Sequence record: MW812339.1
DNA length: 64,000 nucleotides
Strand: one strand, 5' to 3'
Positions 56,672 to 64,000 of the stretch are shown here, piece by piece. The notes under the pieces are model-generated. The model made no database searches. It was given only the letters and a program-made list of their open reading frames with translations, and had not been told where the DNA came from. The position numbers and the translations under genes were made by a program. Positions within the stretch are counted from its first letter, which is position 1, and each line of letters begins with the position of its first letter.

Positions 56672-56687
56672 AGATAATATCAATCTG
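56672..56687 (-). promoter_or_regulatory. Early-type promoter, distal (CAGATTGATATTATCT)
   Basis: Second copy, 90 nt upstream of the first. Confidence 0.55.
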
Positions 56688-56738
56688 TAAATTTTTTGAC
56701 TGTGACTGACTTCCTATGTGGAATCTAAGGAGTCTGCC

Positions 56739-57803
56739 ATGTTCAGCCAAGCCGAGTTAAACCAAGTGGCCATAAAGGGTCACAACACGGACCCCTCCGC
56801 TATAACATTAGCGGCTCACGTAAAAAACAACAGCCAGCGTATACGCAACTACTTCGAACAGCTAAATCGCAGTGCTGGTAATGGCCATTTGTTGCAACAG
56901 GTGCTGTCTGCCATCGGCTATGCCGCTGACCCGGACTACGACGATATCGAATGGGCTTGCCGTCGCAAGCTTGTCCAAATCGGTAACGCCTTACGCCTGA
57001 CGTCTGTTGGTGAGTACGGTCAAATCTTTAATAGTGTGTTTATCCAGGGCCAAGATGAAGTAATCTCACTTGTTGCCCGCCCAGTAAATCCTGACCTGTC
57101 GTTCCGCGATTACACCCCCGCCCGTTACCTGTACCATGAGTACACTAACCTCAACTGGAAGTTAGGTGACGGACGGCCCCGAGGTGTATCTGTGATCGAG
57201 ATCAATCTGGTTGCTTTACTTTGGCAATACGTCAAAGGTCAGCAACACTACAGTCGCGGAACCGAACCCATTGCCACGCCCGTGTATCTTCAGCGCCATG
57301 TGATTTCTCGCATGTTGCCAAGTTACATGGATATCGCCTTCTTAAACATCCATAGGGCGATTGCGTTTGGGAGAAAGATAGAGCCTGACGAGACCTTAAA
57401 GGTAATTCCGGTTCCACCGCTTCACGATTTAGCCGTGAGGCACGCGCAGAACATCAACTCTAAGTTGTGTGCTGCTAACCCGTTACCTGGTCAAGTCTTG
57501 AACAACGTTCCGCTGTTCTTTCAATTTCCTGGCGAAGACGACCATACGGCCGTTGAACTGATTCTCTTCCGAGAAACAGGTCAGACCCTGCAAAACACCT
57601 GGCACCAGAACTTAGTGAACTGGTACTGGGCATTGTACTGTTTCCAGTACGACCAGGGACACATGGACAAATACAAGAAAACGCTACTCGTCGACTTAGC
57701 CCGATATGAGGACTCGAAGGTTCTTAATCGGTTAACCAAGTCATTCTACAACTACGTGAAGCGCGATCTGATTACACCCATGTATGCTGCGTTAGAAAAT
57801 TGA
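56739..57803 (+). CDS. Probable virion protein (SPN3US gp21 / phiKZ gp52-like)
   Basis: ORF track 56718..57803. Likely start is ATG 56739 after AAGGAG; TATG lies upstream. Confidence 0.6.
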   Translation: MFSQAELNQVAIKGHNTDPSAITLAAHVKNNSQRIRNYFEQLNRSAGNGHLLQQVLSAIGYAADPDYDDIEWACRRKLVQIGNALRLTSVGEYGQIFNSVFIQGQDEVISLVARPVNPDLSFRDYTPARYLYHEYTNLNWKLGDGRPRGVSVIEINLVALLWQYVKGQQHYSRGTEPIATPVYLQRHVISRMLPSYMDIAFLNIHRAIAFGRKIEPDETLKVIPVPPLHDLAVRHAQNINSKLCAANPLPGQVLNNVPLFFQFPGEDDHTAVELILFRETGQTLQNTWHQNLVNWYWALYCFQYDQGHMDKYKKTLLVDLARYEDSKVLNRLTKSFYNYVKRDLITPMYAALEN

Positions 57804-57849
57804 GACTTACTCTCTCCTACGAACATCCTTTCGAATGTTCATACTATAT

Positions 57850-57887
57850 ACAAAAACTGCACACTTCGGTGTGCAGTTCTTTTATTT
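57850..57887. terminator. Bidirectional terminator
   Basis: aactgcacac-ttcg-gtgtgcagtt with a flanking A-tract and T-tract. Confidence 0.75.
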
Positions 57888-58079
57888 TGCCGCATTGGTG
57901 GAATCTTCAGCATACGGGTGGCCGTGTACATCTATCTTCCGTTTGCGCTTGGGGTCAATAGCGCTGATGTGGATATGTGTTCCACCGCGATGCAAAATGA
58001 TATCAGTACACCCACGTTCCTCGAGATCGCGTTGTATCTCCGATATCATCGCTGAGGCTTTAGCGGGGTTTCGATACAT
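57882..58079 (-). CDS. Small protein with a HicA-like pattern (65 aa)
   Basis: Likely start is ATG 58079 after GGAAGG. Sequence LEERGCTDIILHRGGTHIHIS...IDVHGHP. Confidence 0.45.
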   Translation of the reverse strand: MYRNPAKASAMISEIQRDLEERGCTDIILHRGGTHIHISAIDPKRKRKIDVHGHPYAEDSTNAAK

Positions 58080-58329
58080 AACCTTCCACTTCCACGTTTC
58101 TGGCAGACACATGGGCGAACCAGCCGTCCAGCGGGTCATCGTGAATCTTATTGATGCTCACCACCGGAACGCGAGTACGCCACTCGTCACTCACCACGTT
58201 TATCAGCTGGGAGGATTGCGGCTTGTATGTGGTCGGCAACGACAGTACGTGTTGGCGTATAGCATGGGGCTGACTGTGCAGGTACATTTGCCGCCATGCC
58301 CAGTCGTTGGCTTTCTTGTTCTTGCTCAT
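58060..58329 (-). CDS. Hypothetical protein (89 aa)
   Basis: AAGGAAG RBS upstream of the ATG. Confidence 0.5.
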   Translation of the reverse strand: MSKNKKANDWAWRQMYLHSQPHAIRQHVLSLPTTYKPQSSQLINVVSDEWRTRVPVVSINKIHDDPLDGWFAHVSARNVEVEGYVSKPR

Positions 58330-58451
58330 TTAAGTCTTCCTTAAAAAGAGACAACCACGCATCCCAAAACTTCTGTGGAGGCGGACGGAAAGGGTACCAC
58401 AACTCTGCGTCGGTTAGGGCGCAGACATGCATGGGTACTCCCGGTAAACCA

Positions 58452-60734
58452 CTACTCTTCTGCTTCTTCTCCATCTTCGTCCTCTTCGATGTCACGCTCC
58501 GATTTCTTCACATACTTCCCGTCGCCCAGAATCTCTTTCACTTCTTCCAGAGACTCGCCGTAGTAATCTGACAACAGACGTGTTTTGTGTTCGTCCATCA
58601 TGAAGACACCCAGGCATTCCAGAATGTGATAGTACGGCTCAACCGTCGAGAATGCGCTACGACGGACGTTTGCTGCATCAATCAGTTCTGGCGGAATACC
58701 GAAGTTCTCTACCAGGAACTCTGGCAGTATCAGTGTACGGTAGCAACGATAGTTGTGTTCTTCGAACCACTGGGTGGCAGTGTTCTTGATCATCGGGTCT
58801 TTGATACCCGCTAACCATTCTTTCACTGCCGTTTTGTTTTCCAGGTTAACCGGAAGTTTAACCGCGTCATAAGGAGGCTCATCCAGGTAGCCGTACTTCG
58901 GCCCGAAGATGGTGTTGTACATGCGGTGATAGTGGTAGCTTTTCTCATCGTCTTCCGAATACGCCGAACGGTCTTTGATGTTGGTTGTTTTCAAATACCC
59001 TGCGTTACCGGCGCGAATAGAGTTCACCACGGTATGTTCAATCGCTGCCACTTTCTCCAGTAACGGAAGAATGTGGATTTTATCCCCACGGGCAACAATC
59101 TCACAAAGTTCTTTAATCGTGCGCTTAAATTCCTTCATGACAATCGGAGGAATGTTCGACGTACGTAAAGATACCCCTTTTACTTCCAGCTCTGGGTCAG
59201 ACTTCAGCTGTCCTTCCTGGCCGGTAATAATGGAGAAATAGTGTTTTGCTTTGGTGGTTAAGGCGAAGGAGTCGAATTTGAATTCGTTCTTCATCGCATA
59301 CAGGAACAGGCGCTCTTTGGCTACCCCGATGTTTGCCGACATGCTGGCCATCAGGTGACGCAAGTGCTGGGTAGCAATATAAATCATTGCATCCGACACA
59401 CGCGTTGCTTCTACGCCGTAGTGCTGCCCCGTATACCACTTCGCCCACCACTGCGCGGTCATCATCGTCGAGTCAGTATCTGATACCACACCCACACGAC
59501 GAATCACATCCGGCATACGGGCGATGTTAATCGGTAAGTTCTTGGTGGTCAGAACGTTACGAATCAGAATCGAGTATTTACCGATGGTTTTCTGCAGGTA
59601 GACCGCAGAGCGAATCAGCTCTTTGTATTTGACCTGGAGGTCCCACGGTTCGGCTTTGTTGGTGTTCTCGTCTTTGAGCTTGACGTCGGAGAAAGATTTT
59701 CCTAGCGGGACGATATCGGTACGGAATTGGGAAATGATGATCTGCATATCGCCATCGATAGAGCGCTCAGCTGCATCCCAATCGGTAATTTCATCTTCCA
59801 TCTCCTCGGCTATCAATGCAGACACGAAGTCACGCATGAATTTGTCGTTATACTTCGCCAGGTGATAGAAGTCACCCATGTACACGAATGCAGCGCGTAC
59901 CAACTCGGTGGTGTTCGCCAGGTAATGACGAATGAACTGCAGGCCTTCGTCGTTACGGAAGTAGAAGTCAGCCGAGTATTCGATAACCTCCATTACTTCA
60001 TCTACGGTCGGATAATGCAGACCATAGTGCTCCATGCAACGTTTGAATTCGTGGAAGTCGGTCAGGGTGCCGATTGACAATAAGTGATCAATGACACGCG
60101 ACGGCGTATCGTAATGACGATTACCACCCAACAGACGTTCGTTACCCGCGTTACCAAACGAGGTTGCCGTACGGCAGGTCGACGTCAGCACCGAGTGCGA
60201 CGACTGGTTAAAGATTACGGTGTAAGGCGATGAGAAAGCGCCCGACATCCCGTTGTTCAAAGTCTTAACGGCGTTCTGTTCGTTCTTTTTGTTGATACGT
60301 AAGACTTCGTTACCCGCAGCCCCGGCTGCGTACATTTCTTTCTTAACCACAGCACGTTTACGCACGTTCTCTGCGGTGAATTCCGCAAGCTTGGAACGCT
60401 TAACGTGTTCTGGTAAATAGAAGGTCAACGATGGTGCGGAGATGATCTGCTTATCAATCACCGTACGGAATAATTTATCGACGGTGGTATACTTCTCTTC
60501 GCGATCGCCGGTCTTCTGGTTGCGCACCCACATTTTGCACACGGGGAAATCGTGTGCCAGTTCTCCACCGTCCGCAAACATCTCTTCAACCTGCTGTCGA
60601 CAGGTTTCTAAGGAATACTTCTGTGCGGTTACGGTATGAATGTAGAGCGCCAGTTGTTCGTAGTACGCATCGATAACGTCAATGTCACGTTGGTACTCGT
60701 CTTGACTCAGACGGAAAGGTGAATTGTAATCCAC
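58452..60734 (-). CDS. Split family-B DNA polymerase: catalytic motif B/C subunit (phiKZ gp50 / SPN3US gp18-like)
   Basis: QNAVKTLNNGMSG (motif B), VSDTDS (motif C), AKHY and KGV. The true start is probably GTG 60734, because the ORF-track extension runs through a terminator. Confidence 0.88.
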   Translation of the reverse strand: MDYNSPFRLSQDEYQRDIDVIDAYYEQLALYIHTVTAQKYSLETCRQQVEEMFADGGELAHDFPVCKMWVRNQKTGDREEKYTTVDKLFRTVIDKQIISAPSLTFYLPEHVKRSKLAEFTAENVRKRAVVKKEMYAAGAAGNEVLRINKKNEQNAVKTLNNGMSGAFSSPYTVIFNQSSHSVLTSTCRTATSFGNAGNERLLGGNRHYDTPSRVIDHLLSIGTLTDFHEFKRCMEHYGLHYPTVDEVMEVIEYSADFYFRNDEGLQFIRHYLANTTELVRAAFVYMGDFYHLAKYNDKFMRDFVSALIAEEMEDEITDWDAAERSIDGDMQIIISQFRTDIVPLGKSFSDVKLKDENTNKAEPWDLQVKYKELIRSAVYLQKTIGKYSILIRNVLTTKNLPINIARMPDVIRRVGVVSDTDSTMMTAQWWAKWYTGQHYGVEATRVSDAMIYIATQHLRHLMASMSANIGVAKERLFLYAMKNEFKFDSFALTTKAKHYFSIITGQEGQLKSDPELEVKGVSLRTSNIPPIVMKEFKRTIKELCEIVARGDKIHILPLLEKVAAIEHTVVNSIRAGNAGYLKTTNIKDRSAYSEDDEKSYHYHRMYNTIFGPKYGYLDEPPYDAVKLPVNLENKTAVKEWLAGIKDPMIKNTATQWFEEHNYRCYRTLILPEFLVENFGIPPELIDAANVRRSAFSTVEPYYHILECLGVFMMDEHKTRLLSDYYGESLEEVKEILGDGKYVKKSERDIEEDEDGEEAEE

Positions 60735-60759
60735 GACTGGCCCCTTGGTTAGTCCTCTG

Positions 60760-60788
60760 CTATAAGACTTCCCGCAAACGTGAAAAAA
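60760..60788 (-). promoter_or_regulatory. Putative middle promoter TTTTTCAC-N15-TATA
   Basis: Same geometry as the promoter of the other polymerase subunit gene. Confidence 0.5.
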
Positions 60789-60825
60789 GAAAAAAAAGAA
60801 ACCCACTCCGAAGAGTGGGGATTTC

Positions 60826-61236
60826 TTAGCCCGCCACGTTGTCGACAATCTCGAAGTCAACATCGTTAAAACCACGGGAGGCCAGTGCCAGTTTCAGGTC
60901 ATCGATTTCCTGTTTGTTGTCCATCATCACCGTGAAGCGGACCGTCACATTCTCGATAATCTGAACGTTACGAATCCACGCATCAGCAGCAACCTTCGGT
61001 TTCCCGTCAGCGCCTTTGAAGATAAGGTACGTGTATTTGTTCACGTTGTCTTCTGGTTGTGCGACGAGCGAAGAATAAATGTTCTTCTGCTCGGCCATCA
61101 CGTCCATGTACGTTTTGGCCATTTCGTACCCAGCCCCGGTAGACAGAATGACCACACGCGTCTCTTGCCCCTTGAGTGGGGTGTCGTACACGATGTTAAC
61201 CTTCTGCCCCGCAACGAGCGTTCTTACGTCAAACAT
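60826..61236 (-). CDS. Conserved core protein (136 aa)
   Basis: GGAGGA RBS; terminator downstream. Confidence 0.7.
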   Translation of the reverse strand: MFDVRTLVAGQKVNIVYDTPLKGQETRVVILSTGAGYEMAKTYMDVMAEQKNIYSSLVAQPEDNVNKYTYLIFKGADGKPKVAADAWIRNVQIIENVTVRFTVMMDNKQEIDDLKLALASRGFNDVDFEIVDNVAG

Positions 61237-61835
61237 TATTCCTCCTCCGGAACATCAATCAGCAGCCTCATATCCAAGGCATTAGCTTGGAGACTTTTCG
61301 GGAAGTCAACCTTTAGCACCATGGTGCGGATGGGGCCACAATATGCCTGTAAGAACATATGGACTGGCTCCTCGTAGTTCTGCATAACAGCATCCGTCAC
61401 AGCGGTCGCCATCAGATCGAGCGTATAATGTTTGAGCGTTTCCCAATGAGAGTTCTCACGGGTTTTGTACTCTAACGCTAAATCCAGCAATGGAGCCAAG
61501 CCATTAAAATGCGATTCCGTACTGGCTTCCATTGACACGTTGAATTTCCACCGACGGTATTCGTCCGTCAGCAACGTAAAGAAGTCGTGGAGGAAACTGA
61601 GGTCAGTACGCGGTAGCATACAGCGGAAGTCGTACGTGTAACCGGTTAATGTTTCACGTATTGCTTCGTACACCTCGTCCTTATACAGTTCCCTAACAGG
61701 CAGCTCTACCGTGATTCGCGGCAGCTTGGTAATGGTGTCAATCACCAAACCCAGAAACCGCTCACCGTCAGGTAAATAGCCCACGACCCCCAGTTCCACA
61801 TTGATTAAGTGGTTGGCGATCACTTTGTAGATCAT
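61236..61835 (-). CDS. Hypothetical protein (199 aa)
   Basis: ORF coupled by a TAATG overlap. Confidence 0.7.
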   Translation of the reverse strand: MIYKVIANHLINVELGVVGYLPDGERFLGLVIDTITKLPRITVELPVRELYKDEVYEAIRETLTGYTYDFRCMLPRTDLSFLHDFFTLLTDEYRRWKFNVSMEASTESHFNGLAPLLDLALEYKTRENSHWETLKHYTLDLMATAVTDAVMQNYEEPVHMFLQAYCGPIRTMVLKVDFPKSLQANALDMRLLIDVPEEE

Positions 61836-61844
61836 TACTGCCCC

Positions 61845-62276
61845 TTAGCATTCAACACAAATTAATGCGTTGCCTATTTCGTTCATAAGGAGAGAAACGT
61901 TGGTTTTTTCTGCGCCTTCTTTCGGAGACATCCCTGCCAACTTCCAGGTATGCTCCACGACCGACAGAATATCATAGAACCGTACGTCTTCCTTAATCCC
62001 ACACGTCGTCCCGTAATAATGCAACGGGATAACCTTCTCATCGCCCCACATTCCACGGAGTTGTGAAAGGATAAGCGTTGGGTCGGGTGGAATGAACGTC
62101 AGGAAATTTTCGCCTTTGCCCAGTCCCGTAACAATAGACTTTACGGTCTGCTCGGCGTAACTCGCCAGAAACAAATAAGCAACAGCGGGCTCGACCTCGC
62201 TAGTATCAGCAAGTTCGGCCCGATGCAGTAATGACTCCTGCTCGAAGATTTCAGCAATAGTCAAATATAGTTTCAT
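61845..62276 (-). CDS. Hypothetical protein (143 aa)
   Basis: ORF coupled by an ATGA overlap. Confidence 0.65.
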   Translation of the reverse strand: MKLYLTIAEIFEQESLLHRAELADTSEVEPAVAYLFLASYAEQTVKSIVTGLGKGENFLTFIPPDPTLILSQLRGMWGDEKVIPLHYYGTTCGIKEDVRFYDILSVVEHTWKLAGMSPKEGAEKTNVSLLMNEIGNALICVEC

Positions 62277-62827
62277 TCGCAGATTAACACCACATCATTG
62301 AACGCATCCCCAACGTGGGTAAAGTATCGCCCTGGATACAGAGACTCTATCAGTCCAGCGAACCCGGTGAGAAGCGTCAGTTCCTTTTCCAGTAACGCCG
62401 CAGCGGCTTCAAACGCCAGTGCATGTTGTTCGTCACTGCCCTCGGCGGTTAAGAACGTCGATACCCCAATCTCGCCTTTCGCAAACTGGTCAGTAATCAC
62501 CAGATTGTTCATATCGAGTCCCAAGGTCTTTTCAGGCGGCTCAGTCTGGAGAATCGTTAGCCCCGAATCATCCGTCACGTCCTGCCAATCGCCTAATGGG
62601 TCATAGGTATCTTCCGTCAGCAGCTCAAGCATCTGCTGAGGGTCGCGGGTCTTTACACCGATGATGTATGCATACGCAAATCGCTGGTAGAAGTCACGGA
62701 TTGTGAACTCATTCAGCTCGAGGTTACTTGCCTCCAACACAGCCAGCGTCGCTTCACGAACTTGCTCGTAAAACTTGCTGGCACCGTACTGATTTGCGAT
62801 GTCCGCCACGTCAAACATTACTCTCAT
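62273..62827 (-). CDS. Hypothetical protein (184 aa)
   Basis: ORF coupled by an ATGA overlap; GGAGG RBS. Confidence 0.65.
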   Translation of the reverse strand: MRVMFDVADIANQYGASKFYEQVREATLAVLEASNLELNEFTIRDFYQRFAYAYIIGVKTRDPQQMLELLTEDTYDPLGDWQDVTDDSGLTILQTEPPEKTLGLDMNNLVITDQFAKGEIGVSTFLTAEGSDEQHALAFEAAAALLEKELTLLTGFAGLIESLYPGRYFTHVGDAFNDVVLICE

Positions 62828-63330
62828 AACACGCCTCCGAGATTTCCGATAAGCAGGTCGATTACCGGAAGCAGTTGTGGGGTAATGTGTTCGTAAGCCT
62901 GCGGATTATTCCAGTCTGGAAACTTTAACCCCTGACTGTAATCCAACAAGAACTCAACCGAACTTGGGTCATGCGTGGTGTACTGCGCAGCCACCCAGCG
63001 GCCATAGTGCGTGAACCAGTATGGGGAACTGGATACCGCGGTCATATACGCACGTCCTACAGATTGGATAGCTGCTCCGTAGGTGATGACCTGATCGTTC
63101 TCCAGGATGACACCGAGTGCATTCAGTTCACGAGCCACGTAATTAAACGTACCATTCATCATGAACTTTAACTCGCCGACGGTACCCTCCTGAACAAACT
63201 GCATCGCGGTGTTAATGATACCATTCAAATCATCATTAACCTCGCGGAGAATATCGTTCGGTGGCAGTTCCGTTAAAGGCCCCGCCAGGAACAGATACTC
63301 TGGGATGAGAAAGTGCGATCGTTCAAGCAC
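62824..63330 (-). CDS. Hypothetical protein (168 aa)
   Basis: ORF coupled at both ends. Confidence 0.65.
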   Translation of the reverse strand: MLERSHFLIPEYLFLAGPLTELPPNDILREVNDDLNGIINTAMQFVQEGTVGELKFMMNGTFNYVARELNALGVILENDQVITYGAAIQSVGRAYMTAVSSSPYWFTHYGRWVAAQYTTHDPSSVEFLLDYSQGLKFPDWNNPQAYEHITPQLLPVIDLLIGNLGGVL

Positions 63331-63724
63331 AGTAAGAAACCCCTGTAGTTAACATTTTCCAGATACCGTCTCCTACATGCCAGAGGAGAAAGTCGGATTG
63401 TGGGAGGAACGTCATGTCACGGTGAACAGCCCACCAGATACCGTGATCTACTTTCAACGTGTCCTCCAGCAGATGCAACAACCAATACTTGTCAGTGGTG
63501 CTGGTAGAAAACAACGGATTGTCACGAACATAGTCCATGAAAAGACTGCGAACAATGCCATCAACAATACCGTATTTTTTCTCGAGCACATGGAGTCGAA
63601 CTATCTGCTCAATGTACCCATCTATCTCAACCGCCGCATCCACGTAATCGAGGTCTGCGACGTTCTTGAGTATTCCCAGCAGTTTCCCAGTGAGTTCAGG
63701 AAACTCAGCGTATACTGTCATCAT
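63323..63724 (-). CDS. Hypothetical protein (133 aa)
   Basis: ORF within the operon, overlapping both neighbours. Confidence 0.6.
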   Translation of the reverse strand: MMTVYAEFPELTGKLLGILKNVADLDYVDAAVEIDGYIEQIVRLHVLEKKYGIVDGIVRSLFMDYVRDNPLFSTSTTDKYWLLHLLEDTLKVDHGIWWAVHRDMTFLPQSDFLLWHVGDGIWKMLTTGVSYCA

Positions 63725-63995
63725 AAACGTCTGTAACCTTTCGTGGAATGAAACGGAGGATTCTGTCCACCTGATTAAAGTGATACCTAAACCCTTTGGG
63801 AGGAATGCCCATTTCCTCGCAGATGGATCGGTGGACGTGACATGAGATCATATGCACATCACGTGGCGTAGATTTTGGACGATACGACTTCACGATTAAC
63901 GCAGCAACCTGAGCATCCCAGGTTCCGTGCTCGTTGAACGTCGGTATCATGTGCTCAATCAAAACCAGGATGATGTGCTTGAGTCCCGTCGACAT
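63705..63995 (-). CDS. Hypothetical protein (96 aa)
   Basis: ORF at the window edge, overlapping the next gene. Confidence 0.55.
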   Translation of the reverse strand: MSTGLKHIILVLIEHMIPTFNEHGTWDAQVAALIVKSYRPKSTPRDVHMISCHVHRSICEEMGIPPKGFRYHFNQVDRILRFIPRKVTDVYDDSIR

Positions 63996-64000
63996 GTCGT

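Noticed and set aside
58187-58495. 102-aa ORF overlapping the polymerase end and the 89-aa gene
   Set aside because: It overlaps better-supported genes at both ends. A shorter start at MHVCALT cannot be excluded but is unsupported.
60735-60875. 47-aa N-terminal extension of the DNA polymerase in the ORF track (includes FFFFFF)
   Set aside because: It runs through the upstream gene's terminator hairpin and T-tract. GTG 60734, with an SD and promoter, is the better start.
1-64000. CRISPR arrays, tRNA or rRNA genes, transposases, integrases
   Set aside because: No regularly spaced direct repeats, RNA-gene signatures or recombinase motifs were seen by eye. A tRNAscan or CRISPR scan would confirm.

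Overview
This is a 64-kb segment of a nucleus-forming, phiKZ-like jumbo phage (Chimalliviridae). Gene order and protein features suggest it is close to Salmonella phage SPN3US and related enterobacterial or Erwinia jumbo phages. Most genes are on the minus strand. From left to right: the 5' half of the major capsid gene, a DnaB-like helicase, an accessory early cluster, baseplate and virion genes, a second accessory cluster with DHFR, and inner-head or ejection proteins carrying A-X-E maturation sites. These are followed by one half of a split family-B DNA polymerase, a virion RNAP beta' subunit, an SF2 helicase and the non-virion RNAP subunits. The right part holds the phage-nucleus block (PicA, ChmC, chimallin), an SbcD nuclease and the second DNA polymerase half. 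I saw no tRNA, CRISPR array, intron or mobile element. Names such as chimallin, PicA, ChmC and the phiKZ or SPN3US gp numbers come from motifs plus recalled synteny, not from a database search. The best leads are: (1) an in-register U_UUU_UUC slippery site that predicts a programmed -1 frameshift fusing two overlapping ORFs into a tail-chaperone G/GT-like pair; (2) shared Gly-Leu-Gly low-complexity tails on chimallin, PicA and the PicA neighbour, reminiscent of nucleoporin FG/GLFG repeats; (3) a head-cluster protein with a complete M48-type zinc-protease signature; (4) a DHFR broken by an in-frame ochre codon five codons before its apparent ancestral end; (5) promoter and 5'-leader motifs readable directly from the sequence.
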